A stretch of DNA of 64,000 bases. It comes from Mobula hypostoma (lineage: Eukaryota). Shown here piece after piece: positions 37,260-49,002 of the stretch. Every line of letters starts with the position of its first letter. The stretch's first letter is position 1. A program made the translations under genes and the position numbers. The stretch spans positions 4,590,001-4,654,000 of the forward strand of contig NC_086101.1 in NCBI RefSeq assembly GCF_963921235.1, in the 5' to 3' direction. The notes beneath the pieces are model-generated. The model saw nothing but the letters and a program-made list of their open reading frames with translations. It was not told where the DNA came from and ran no database searches.

Positions 37260-40200
37260 TCAGAACCCTGCCCCAGCCTTCCCTCCATACCCCCTGACCC
37301 CTGTAGCCACAAGGGCCATATCTAACTCCCTCTTAAATATAGCCAATGAACTGGCCTCAACAGTTTCCTGTGGCAGAGAATTCCACAGATTCACCACTCT
37401 CTGTGTGAAGAAGTTTTTCCTAATCTCGGTCCTAAAAGGCTTCCCCTCTATCCTCAAACTGTGACCCCTCGTTCTGGACTTCCCCAACATCGGGAACAAT
37501 CTTCCTGCATCCAGCCTGTCCAATCCCTTTAGGATCTTATATGTTTCAATCAAATCCCCCCTCAATCTTCTAAATTCCAACGAGTACAAGCCCAATTCAT
37601 CCAGTCTTTCATCATATGAAAGTCCTGCCATCCCAGGAATCAATCTGGTGAACCTTCTTTGTACTCCCTCTATGGCAAAGATGTCTTTCCTCAGATTAGG
37701 GGACCAAAACTGCATACAATACTCCAGGTGTGGTCTCACCAAGGCCTTGTACAACTGCAGTAGTACCTCCCTGCTCCTGTACTCGAATCCTCTCGCTATA
37801 AATGCCAGCATACCATTCGCCTTTTTCACCGCCTGCTGTACCTGCATGCCCACTTTCAATGACTGGTGTATAATGACACCCAGGTCTCGTTGCACCTCCC
37901 CTTTTCCTAATCGGCCACCATTCAGATAATAATCTGTTTTCCTATTTTTGCCACCAAAGTGGATAACTTCACACTTATCCACATTAAATTGCATCTGCCA
38001 TGAATTTGCCCACTCACCCAACCTATCCAAGTCACCCTGCATCCTCTTAGCATCCTCCTCACTGCTAACACTGCCACCCAGCTTCGTGTCATCCGCAAAC
38101 TTGGAGATGCTGCATTTAATTCCCTCATCCAAGTCATTAATATATATTGTAAACAACTGGGGTCCCAGCACTGAGCCTTGCGGTACCCCACTAGTCACCA
38201 CCTGCCATTCTGAAAAGGTCCCATTTATTCCCACTCTTTGCTTCCTGTCTGCTAACCAATTCTCCACCCACACCAATACCTTACCCCCAATACCGTGTGC
38301 TTTAAGTTTGCACACTAATCTCCTGTGTGGGACCTTGTCAAAAGCCTTTTGAAAATCCAAATATACCACATCCACTGGTTCTCCCCCTATCCACTCTACT
38401 AGCTACATCCTCAAAAAATTCTATGAGATTCGTCAGACATGATTTTCCTTTCACAAATCCATGCTGACTTTGTCCGATCATTTCACCGCTTTCCAAATGT
38501 GCTGTTATCACATCCTTGATAACTGACTCCAGCAGTTTCCCCACCACCAACGTTAGGCTAACCGGTCTATAATTCCCCGGTTTCTCTCTCCCTCCTTTTT
38601 TAAAAAGTGGGGTTACATTAGCCACCCTCCAATCCTCAGGAACTAGTCCAGAATCTAACGAGTTTTGAAAAATTATCACTAATGCATCCACTATTTCTTG
38701 GGCTACTTCTTTAAGCACTCTGGGATGCAGACCATCTGGCCCTGGGGATTTATCTGCCTTCAATCCCTTCAATTTACCTAACACCACTTCCCTACTAACA
38801 TGTATTTCGCTCAGTTCCTCCATCTCACTGGACCCTCTGTCCCTTACTATTTCTGGAAGATTATTTATGTCCTCCTTAGTGAAGACAGAACCAAAGTAAT
38901 TATTCAATTGTTCTGCCATGTCCTTGCTCCCCATAATCAATTCACCTGTTTCTGTCTGCAGGGGACCTACATTTGTTTTTACCAGTCTTTTCCTTTTTAC
39001 ATATCTATAAAAGATTTTACAGTCCGTTTTTATGTTCCCCGCCAGTTTTCTCTCATAATCTTTTTCCCCTTCCTAATTAAGCCCTTTGTCCTCCTCTGCT
39101 GAACTCTGAATTTCTCCCAGTCCTCAGGTGAGCCACTTTCTCTGGTTAATTTGTATGCTTCTTCTTTGGAATTGATACTATCCCTAATTTCTCTTGTCAG
39201 CCACGGGTGCACTACCTTCCTTGATTTATTCTTTTGCCAAACTGGGATGAACAATTGTTGTAGTTCATCCATGCAACCTTTAAATGCTTCCCATTGCATA
39301 TCCACCGTCAATCCTTTAAGTGTCATTTGCCACTCTGTCTTAGCTAATTCACGTCTCATACCTTCAAAGTCACCCCTCTTTAAGTTCAGAACCTTTGTTT
39401 CTGAATTAACTATGTCACTCTCCATCTTAATGAAGAATTCCACCATATTATGGTCACTCTTACCCAAGGGGCCTCTCACAACAAGATCGCTAATTAACCC
39501 TTCCTCATTGCTCAAAACCCAGTCCAGAATAGCCTGCTCTCTAGTTGGTTCCTCGACATGTTGGTTCAAAAAACCATCCCGCATACTTTCCAAGAAATCC
39601 TCTTCCTCAGCACCTTTACCAATTTGGTTCACCCAGTCTACATGTAGATTGAAGTCACCCATTATAACTGCTGTTCCTTTATGGCACACATTTCTAATTT
39701 CCTGTTTAATACCATCTCCGACCTCACTACTACTGTTAGGTGGCCTGTACACAACTCCCACCAGCGTCTTCTGCCCCTTGGTGTTACGCAGCTCTACCCA
39801 TATCGATTCCACATCTTCCCGGCTTATGTCCTCCCTTTCTATTGCGTTAATCTCTTCTTTAACCAGCAACGCCACCCCACCTCCCCTTCCTTCATGTCTA
39901 TCCCTCCTGAATATTGAATATCCCTGAACGTTGAGCTCCCATCCCTGGTCACCCTGGAGCCATGTCTCTGTGATCCCAACTATATCATAATCATTAATAA
40001 CAATCTGCACTTTCAATTCATCCGCCTTATTACGAATGCTCCTTGCATTGACACAGAAAGCCTTCAGGCGCTCTTTTACAACTCTCTTAGCCCTTATACA
40101 ATTATGTTGAAAAGTGGCCCTTTTTAATGCTTGCCCTGGATTTGTCGGCCTGCCACTTTTACTTTTTTCCTTTGTATTTTTTGCTTCTACCCTCACTTTA

Positions 40201-40301
40201 CACCCCTCTGTCTCTCTGCACTGGTTCCCATCCCTCTGTTGTGAACTAATCTCCTCACGCCTAGCCTCTTTAATTTGATTCCCACCCCCCAACCATTCTA
40301 G
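37260..40301 (-). pseudogene. CR1 ORF2 (APE endonuclease + reverse transcriptase), broken only by two 1-nt homopolymer indels
   Basis: NARSI, GITETWL, GDFN, SDHN, PQGSVLGP, FADD; -1 at 39061-65 and +1 at 38383-87 relative to copy A. Confidence 0.9.
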
Positions 40302-41233
40302 TTTAAAGTCACCTCAGTAGCCCCCGCTAATCTCCCTGCCAGGATATTGGTCCCCCTAGGATTCAAGTGTAACCCGTCCTTTTTGTACAGGTCACACCTG
40401 CGCCAAAAGAGTTCCCAATGATCCAAAAACTTGAATCCCTGCCCCCTGCTCCAATCCCTCAGCCACGCATTTATCCTCCACCTCATCACATTCCTACTCT
40501 CACTGTCGCGTAGCACAGGCAGTAATCCCGAGATTACTACCTTTGCGGTCCTTTTTCTCAACTCCCTTCCTCGCTCCCTATATTCTCCTTTCAGGACCTC
40601 ATCCCTTTTCCTACCTATGTCATTGGTACCTATATGTACCACGACCTCTGGCTCCTCACCCTCCCACTTCAGGATATCTTGGACACGATCAGAAATATCC
40701 TGGACCCTGGCACCAGGGAGGCAAACTACCATCCGGGTCTCTGGACTGCGTCCACAGAATCGCCTATCTGACCCCCTTACTATCGAGTCCCCTATCACAA
40801 CTGCCCTCCTCTTCCTTGCCCTACCCTTCTGAGCTACAGGGCCAGACTCTGTGCCGGAGGCATGGCCACTGTCGCTTCCCCTGGGTAAGCTGTCCCCCCC
40901 AACAGTACTCAAACAGGAGTACCTGTTGTTAAGGGGCACAGCCACCGGGGTACTCCCCATCACCTGACTTTTCCCCTTCCCCCTCCTAACCGTGACCCAC
41001 TTGTCTGCCTCCCGTGGCCCCAGCGTGACCACCTGCCTTCCACTCCTCTCTATCACCTCCTCACTCTCCCTGACCAGACGAAGGTCATCGAGCTGCAGCT
41101 CCAGTTCCGTAACGCGGTCCCTTAGGAGCTGCATCTCGATGCACTTGGCGCAGATGTAGACGTCCGGGAGGCTTGGAGACTCCAGGGCCTCCCACATCCG
41201 ACACCGAGAACAGCAAACTGCCCTCACAGTCAT
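40298..41233 (-). CDS. CR1 ORF1p (311 aa): Cys4 zinc finger, coiled coil, SGNH esterase-like domain
   Basis: CSRC...CAKC; LRDRVTELELQL; GDSIV, HIGTND, DGLHLN blocks; intact from ATG to TAG. Confidence 0.92.
   Translation of the reverse strand: MTVRAVCCSRCRMWEALESPSLPDVYICAKCIEMQLLRDRVTELELQLDDLRLVRESEEVIERSGRQVVTLGPREADKWVTVRRGKGKSQVMGSTPVAVPLNNRYSCLSTVGGDSLPRGSDSGHASGTESGPVAQKGRARKRRAVVIGDSIVRGSDRRFCGRSPETRMVVCLPGARVQDISDRVQDILKWEGEEPEVVVHIGTNDIGRKRDEVLKGEYRERGRELRKRTAKVVISGLLPVLRDSESRNVMRWRINAWLRDWSRGQGFKFLDHWELFWRRCDLYKKDGLHLNPRGTNILAGRLAGATEVTLN
40301..40307 (-). promoter_or_regulatory. Candidate -1 ribosomal frameshift slippery site U_UUA_AAC
   Basis: In phase with ORF1 (acT TTA AAC tag); the -1 frame is ORF2; same heptamer in the same phase at 36675-36681. 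Confidence 0.6.
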
Positions 41234-42015
41234 AATGCCCCTCTCCTCAAATAACAGCAGAAAATGAATGTCAAACCTTCCTCGCCTCGCCCGCTTCCGC
41301 CTTAGCCCGTTGAGCCGAAGCCCTTAAGCCTTCACTCTGCTCCCGGCTCACTCCGCCACCCGCAAACTACGCTGCCCGCTCTATGAGGCTTTGTTCCTTC
41401 TAAATCTGCCGCGCTGCACAGCCCGACGTCACACGCCTGCGCAGTCCCGCCTCTCAGAAAGCCGTTGGAGGAAAAAAAATAACAAAAATTTCAAAAATAT
41501 CTTTCTCGGCACTCCCACTCAGACTCTCAGACTCCTTCGAAATGTTTAATCACATCTGATAATGTTACAGCAGAATATCTTTTATTGCTTTCAGTACAGT
41601 CACAAGCAGATAGTTGGACTGTGAAAATATCCATTTGTCATAAACTGTGAGAAACAGAGACAGATGATTCCATTACTGTTACTGTCCTCATGGTAATAAT
41701 GACGATCCTTTTAGTTGTGACATTCTGGATTTCTACATTTTAAATTTGTTCTGTGCCTTGCTATTCTGTATAAAATACACCCGCAGGTGCAAAAGCATAT
41801 TTCCTGTGGAAATCCGCCTGATGTCCATGTCAATCCTTACGGCAAAAAACCATCTTTCTAACCGTAAATAGTGAGATATTATGATTGAATACTCATGTTT
41901 GTTAGGGGAAATATTCTGCTTTGGAGCCCTGAAGTGTAGGCGTTCGTTCTTATTGGGGCATGACTTTCCTCTTAAAATGAAGCAATGGTTTACGACATCC
42001 TATCAATATCCCAAA

Positions 42016-42361
42016 CAGCATTCTCTCTAACTTTCTTTTACAGCTTCACGGACCAACCATTGCACTGAGCAGGAAATTTTTACACGGCCTGAAATCTGTG
42101 CGTCACTTTAAATGTGTTTTTTTTTTCCTTTAGTAATGCACACTATGAACATTTAGAATGAAAACTGAAAAATCAATAGTTTTGATTTTATTTATTAACT
42201 GAAGGGAATAATGAAATACAGTACAACAAAGAAAAATACTTCATGTTTCGTAAACTCTTTCTCATGTCTTTATTCCAGCTGTGCGGCGGCAAAGGCTATG
42301 TACACGGGAGCATTTCAGTTACTGTGTGGTCGCACACTCCCGCAGCTTAGAGGGAACAGTG
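42016..42361. mobile_element. hAT-like MITE, third copy (346 bp)
   Basis: Degenerate left TIR, right TIR TTAGAGGGAACAGTG, shared subterminal sequence. Confidence 0.7.
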
Positions 42362-42614
42362 AAAAGAACAAGATAGATTAAAATTGCTCCCAGATCCACC
42401 CTGTTATATTGTTTATCCCAATGCAAAAATAATGTCTTATCCACAATGGCCCCTTTATTGATTTGTCTACTCCTTATTGCCGTACACCTCACAGGTAGAA
42501 GCTCTTCATTGACAATGGACAGAAGACACAGATAATTTTTATTTCAAAGGATGAGGTTCAACATCTTATTAAAGTATGATCCCCAGTGGATTTACCTTAA
42601 ATGTTTCCTAAATT

Positions 42615-42902
42615 GGTGCGTGGCTAAGTGGTTAAGGCATTTGTCTAGTGATCTGAAGGTTGCTAGTTCAAGCCTTGGCTGAGGCAGTGTGTTGTGTCCT
42701 TGAGCAAGGCACTTAACCACACATTGCTCTGTGACAACACCAGTGCCAAGCTGTATGGGTCCTAATGCCCTTCCCTTGGACAACATCAGTGGCATGGAGA
42801 GGGAGGGACTTGCAGCATGGGCAACTGTCTTCCATACAACCTTGCCCAGGAAACCTTCCAAGGTGCAAATCCATGTTCTCACGAGACTAACGGATGCCTA
42901 TA
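42615..42902 (+). mobile_element. tRNA-derived SINE sharing its head with 12464-12746 but with a different 3' half
   Basis: Alignable for ~115 nt, then unrelated. Confidence 0.75.
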
Positions 42903-43930
42903 GAAGATGGCTAATGATGATGTTGTTAGTCCAACAGGAGAGGCCAGCTGAGGTGGTGTGAGGGTTCATGCAGATGGACAGTGGGAGGGTTTTAAATGGC
43001 CAGCTCTATCATGGTCACTAGCCTCCCCACCATCGAGGACATCCTCAAAAGGCAGCATCCAAAAATGTGGTCTCCAGCATTAAGGACCCTCACTACCCAG
43101 AACATGCCCTCTTCTTATTGTAACCATGAAGGAGGAGGTATAGGAGCCTGAAGACACAGCCAATGATTCAGGAACAGTTTCTTCCATTCCACTATCTGAT
43201 TTCTGAATGGACAATGAACCCATTTAACACTACATCACGATTTTGCTCTCTTTCTGAATTATTTATTTCACAAACTAGGTATTTATTTTAACTCAGTATA
43301 TTTTATGCAGTACACAAATTGTACGACATTTGTCAGAGATATTAAACCTGATTCTGACTCTGTTTCTGACTTCTGAAGCTGGCATTTGGCAGGAGGGTTA
43401 GTTGGGGTGGGGAGTGATATTTTGATGATAGGGTCTTCAAAATGCAGAGTTAGATGGAGTAAATACCTTTAAGTTAAAGGCTGGCCATTTCAGATAAGAT
43501 GAGGTATGATTCTGCCAAAGCAGCTATTTGGAAATTCATTCAGTTTCAAGCATTCATGAACGTTCAGGGTTGTCGCAGTCCTAAGAAATTGATTTAGATT
43601 CTACAACCCCTTATCCCCACCCCCCCCCACCACACACACTGACTCTCCCCTCCCTCTTGCCAAGGGGCTCCCAATCAGGGGTCCATGGACCCTTGCTTAA
43701 TGGTATTGTTCCATGCATAAAAAGGGTTAGGAGTCTAGCTGGATGTCATGACCACAACGGGGGAGGTAAAAAGGATAGATTCACAACAAATCACTGGGAC
43801 AGAGGATTTTTGCATAAAATGGAAGAGGTAATTGTCACAAGTAATATAAAGTAAATTTTGGGAAAGCCAACAAAATAAATATTTTTCACTTCATCGTGAA
43901 GGACATGAAAATAACAAAGAAAAGAGTTCA

Positions 43931-44455
43931 TTGGTGACAAAAAGGGTTCACAGGCGATGATAAAGGTCCACTGGTGATGATAATGTCCACTAGTGATGAT
44001 AAATGTCTATTGGTGATGATAAATGTCTATTGGTGATGATGGAAGTCCACTGGTGATGATAAATGTCCAATAGTATCCACTTTTCGGCACGGACTAGAAG
44101 GGCCTAGATGGCCTGTTTCCGTGGTGTAATTGTTAATTGTTATAGTGATGATGAAAGTCCACTAGCGATGATGAAGGTCCATTGGTGATGATAAACGTCT
44201 GCTGGTGATGATAAATGTCTATTGATGATGATAAAGGTCCACTGGTGATGATGAAGGTCTGTTAGGGATGATAAAGTTTTATTGGTTTTGATAAACGTCT
44301 TTTGGTGATGATAAATGTTTATTGGTGATGATGAAGGTCCACTGGTGATCATAAATGTCCATTGGTGATGGTAGATGTCCACTGGTGATGATGGAGAGCC
44401 ACTGGAGATGATAATTGTCTATTGGTGATGATGAAGGTCCACTACCGATGATAAT
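43931..44455. repeat. 21-bp degenerate tandem repeat (GTCCACTGGTGATGATAAAT/G) interrupted by a short LINE-tail-like insert at ~44075-44143
   Basis: Directly visible. Confidence 0.85.
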
Positions 44456-45174
44456 AGCTCTCTAGTGTTCAATTAAGAGTCCTGGTTCAGGATCTCCATG
44501 GTTACCTTGCAACAGTGATACTCTGATTGTCTCTCTGGTCCCAACTATGGTGCTGGGGACCAGAAGATCGATGCTTATGGGGAAAATGTCATCATTTTAA
44601 GGAACACATCCTTATTTACTGCAGTAGCATCTTTTGAAAATGTAAAATAAATGGCCAGAGAGGCCAGTTGGCTTCATCATATGAAGCATGATAATTTAGG
44701 GCAGATTAAGTGAGAAAGTAAAAGGAAAGTGGCAAAAGCAAAGCCAGACTGAATGAACTGTGTGGGGGAGAGGTTCCATTGGGGTCAGTGTTTTACATGG
44801 ACTGTTAAATGTTACACGTAGGCTCCCTCAATCCAGAATCGTTCCCTTCCGCGTCCTGTGGTGAATCAGCATTTTTGCCATTCCCGTGGCATTTGACTAT
44901 TTTTCACGAGCTGAGGATGAGTTGCTAGCTTGACACTCAACCCAGCACAGATGGAAAGCGTGCATGGGGACACTGCTTCCAAGCCCAGTGCTGATGCCAC
45001 TGCACCGCCGGATGGTGATTTAACTCAGACTATCGTGGTGAAATGGACTTCAGCTGCGGTTCACATCGAGGACAGCCAATATCGATGGCTTGGCCCTCTG
45101 ACTGGGCTCACAGGTGGCAAGCAGAGACCAGTCTGGGTAGTGACTGGACTCACAGGTGGCAAACAGAGACCAGT

Positions 45175-46136
45175 CCGGGTAGTGTGGGGGTTGCATTGGG
45201 TGGGGGGGGGGAATATAAGGTCAGGGTAGTGTGGGGGTTGCATTGGGTGGGGGGAATATAGGGTCAGGGTAGTGTGGGGGTTGCATTGGGTGGGGGGGAT
45301 AGAAGGTCAGGGTAGTGTGGGGGTTGCATTGGGTGGGGGGGGAATATAAGGTCAGGGTAGTGTGGGGGTTGCATTGGGTGGGGGGGATAGAAGGTCAGGG
45401 TAGTGTGGGGGTTGCATTGGGTGGGGGGGGGAATATAAGGTCAGGGAAAGTGTGGGGGTTGCATTGGGTGGGGGGGAATATAAGGTCAGGGTAGTGTGGG
45501 GGTTGCACTGGGTGGGGGGAATATAAGGTCAGGGTAGTGTGGGGGTTGCATTGGGTGGGGGGAATATAGGGTCAGGGTAGTGTGGGGGTTGCATTGGGTG
45601 GGGGGGCAATATAAGGTCAGGGTAGTGTGGAGGTTGCATTGGGTGGGGGGAATATAGGGTCAGGGTAGTGTGGGGGTTGCATTGGGTGGGGGGAATATAG
45701 GGTCAGGGTAGTGTGGGGGTTGCACTGGGTGGGGGGAATATAAGGTCAGGGTAGTGTGGGGGTTGCATTGGGTGGGGGGAATATAGGGTCAGGGTAGTGT
45801 GGGGGTTGCATTGGGTGGGGGGGCTATAAGGTCAGGGTAGTGTGGAGGTTGCATTGGGTGGGGGGAATATAGGGTCAGGGTAGTGTGGGGGTTGCATTGG
45901 GTGGGGGGAATATAGGGTCAGGGTAGTGTGGGGGTTGCATTGGGTGGGGGGGCAATATAAGGTCAGGGTAGTGTGGGGGTTGCATTGGGTGGGGGGGAAT
46001 ATAAGGTCAGGGTAGTGTGGGGGTTGCATTGGGTGGGGGGAATATAGGGTCAGGTAGTGTGGGGGTTGCATTGGGTGGGGGAATATAAGGTCAGGGTAGT
46101 GTGGGGGTTGCATTGGGTGGGGGGGAATATTAGGTC
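45175..46136 (+). repeat. ~43-bp G-rich minisatellite x~22 (GGGTAGTGTGGGGGTTGCATTGGGTGGGGGGAATATAAGGTCA)
   Basis: Directly visible; four G3+ tracts per unit. Confidence 0.95.
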
Positions 46137-47154
46137 AACGATGTTTGGAATAACTGAACATGAAGGCTGGAGGGAGATCTGACAGGGGTTTATAATATTA
46201 TCAGAGATATAGATGGAGTAGACAGGGAGTATCTGTTTCCAGGGTTGAAATGTCTAATACCAGAGGGATTACATTGAAGGTGAGAGGGGGCAACTTCAAA
46301 GGAGATGTGAGGGGCAAGTTTTTTTTTAAGAGAGTGGTGGGTACCCGGAGCACGCTGTCTGGGGTGTGACAGAGGGAGATACATTAGGGATTTTTAAGAG
46401 ACATTTAGACAAGAACATGAATATGAGGAAAATGGAAGGATGTGGACATGATGTGGACATTTTGTGGACACTGTGATAAGACTGCTGAACGGATCCTGAC
46501 CCGGATCTGGGCCGTACCCTCCAAATATCCGGACCTGCCTCGGTTTTTTTGCACTAACTTACTTTCCCTTTTCTATTTTCGATTTATGATGTATAATTTA
46601 ATTTAAATTTTTAATATTTACTATCAATTTGTACTCCAGGGAGCACGAAGAGCAGAATCAAATATCGCTGTGATGATTGTATGCTCTAGTATCAATTGTC
46701 TGGCAACTATAAAGTATAAAGTATAGAAGGGATTAGTTTAGTTGTCCATGTGGTTACTAACTTAGGGGCTCAGCATAACATTGTGGGCTGAATGGCCTGT
46801 TTCAGGGCTGTACTGTTCCATGTTCTAACAAATAAATGGGAGTAATGGAATGTGTAAGAATAAATATGACACACAGGACACGCCGCGATCTGGCCACAGA
46901 GCGCTGGATCTGGGGGAGAGCTGCCTCGGGGATCTAACGGTGCTGACGGAAGCTGGACTGTAGAGCCTTTTCTCAGTCTGTGACACTAGAACTACACCCC
47001 CTACCTCCCCGCCACCACTCCCAGTCCCGTCTATGCACCATTCTCCCTTTATGTCCCAGGTCTTCCTCACATCTTTCCCTCTCTGTCCTTTTACTCTCGT
47101 TTTTCTTTTTCTCTTCCTTCTCAACCGATTCGCCCATCTTCTTTTTATTTGGTT

Positions 47155-47500
47155 TAGATGGGCGGTGGTGTGGAGATACATCTGTAGCAAATGAGCTGTA
47201 AGGCACTCCTTCCCTCCGCTAGTCCGCAGGTCACCCGTGGGCAAGGTGTAGCACTTGCTTAGCCCCCCCGATCAGGGTCACGTGAAGCTGAAGGATCGGA
47301 CAGTGGATGGTCATATGAGCTGCCAGTGCAGACCACAAGTCCTGGTTATGTGACCACAGGCGCCAGGCAGACAATCCCTAAAGAGCATTGTTAATGGCTG
47401 GGGTCACCTATCTTGTAAAGACACTGCCCAGAAGGCGGCAATGGCAAACCACTTCTATATAAAGATTTGCCATGAAAGACCACAATCGCCTTTGTGAGGT
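47155..47500 (+). mobile_element. RTE/BovB-related non-autonomous element
   Basis: 3' motif GAAGGCGGCAATGGCAAACCACTTC resembles RTE/BovB-type 3' ends (recalled, not aligned). Confidence 0.45.
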
Positions 47501-48672
47501 ACATAACAAAAGAACAGTGCGGAACAGGCACTTACGGCCCATCGAGCCACATCATCCATCATCCCACTCATTTAATCCCATCCTAATCACAGGACAACTT
47601 ACAATGACCAACAGGCACATCTTCCGACTGTGGGAGAATACTGCAGCACCCGGAGGATGCTGAATGGAAGGATTTCTCACAGAGGATGCTGGAATTGTAC
47701 TCCGAGCTCTGACAGCTCGAGCTGACTGCCATGCTAGTGTGGTGTCTTCTCACTGTGTTCAGCCTGTCCCTGCTTTTCATCCCAGGGTCCTCCATTTGTG
47801 CAATTGTACATTTGTTATAAGTCCAGAGGGAGCATTTCCACCCAACTTCTCCAAGTAACATTCCGACTAGTTCTCTGGCGGAAGCCGCAGATTTCCCACC
47901 AGTCTTGTCCTCCCAGTTTTCCCTCCTCTCCACGAAACCCCCTCTTGAAGACCTGGGTGAATTGTTTATTCCTTCTCGCAATCGAGTCCCCAGTCTTACG
48001 ACAAGAGCGTGGAGTTCTGAATCTCACCCAGAACTTGTCACGGTGCATGAACTTTTACATGAAACACCAGGAAAAGTGGAGATTTGAATTTCACACAGGC
48101 TTAAGGAATCCAGGTCTTAGTTGAAGCTATTGCCAGACTTGGGGGGATTTTTAAGGTTGATTTTTAAGGTGGATAGGGTCTTTTAAGAGACTTTTGGATA
48201 GGTACATGGAGCTTAGAATAATAGACGGCTATGGGTAAGCCTAGTAATTTCTAAGTTAGGGACATGTTTGGCACATCTTTGTGGGCCGAAGGGCCTGTAT
48301 TGTGCTGTAGGTTTTCTATGTTTGTATGTTTTGATTATTGTATTTATATTCTGATTTGTCACCAGATCAAAGTTTAAGCAACATCAGCAACTTATAGCAC
48401 AAACAGGCTGTTCTTGTCTGCAATTTCAGTTTCTGCTGTGCTTGCAAGATGGGCTATTTGGCCCATCGCGCCTCTGTCATCCAAACAAGAGCCTCCCAAC
48501 CCGCAGTCCTTCACATGGTCACCCTGAACCTGCTTCACTGCGGCAGGGTTCGTGCCCCCGTTCAGGACCTGCAGACCATCACCACCCACAACCACCCCCC
48601 CCCCCGGTTAAAGGGAACTGGTGGCCGGATTTACAGTGGTTACACAGGGCTGCACACTCCCACCCCTTAGAG

Positions 48673-48753
48673 CAGGGGGTTCCCAACCTCTGGTCCACAG
48701 ACCCCTCAGTCAATGGTAGGGCTCCGTGGCACAGAAAGGGCTGGGAACCCCTG
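48673..48753. mobile_element. ~80-bp hAT/Charlie-like MITE (relatives at ~24763-24823 and ~43661-43735)
   Basis: TIR CAGGGG(G)TTCCCA / TGGGAACCCCTG; flanks CCTTAGAG / CCTCACAG (6/8 match). Confidence 0.7.
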
Positions 48754-49002
48754 CCTCACAGATTCACCAGCAGGCATGACTGCAGGTGGAGACGGGAGCC
48801 AAGCAAAACAGCTCCGACTCCTCTCGTGTCAGGAGGGTGTGCGTGAGCTGGGAGGGAGAAGGGAGAGCTGGGGTGGGGGGACAAAAACAGTGGTGGAGCC
48901 TGGAGCGCAGAAACTGAATGATTTTAGGTTTGGGATTATCACACAGAAACACCAGCAGGTAAAACAGCGCCGAAGGCTTAAACAGTGATTGGTGAGTGGC
49001 TG

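Larger units (their letters stand above)
37171..41535 (-). mobile_element. Full-length young CR1 LINE (5' UTR, ORF1, ORF2, 3' UTR, octamer tail)
   Basis: Complete architecture; highly similar to copies A and B. Confidence 0.95.

Noticed and set aside
40294..40296. ATG just after the ORF1 stop (TAGaATG) as the ORF2 start
   Set aside because: Out of frame with ORF2 as assembled (stops after 8 codons) and absent in the second subfamily; kept only as the alternative if the G6 run is an error.
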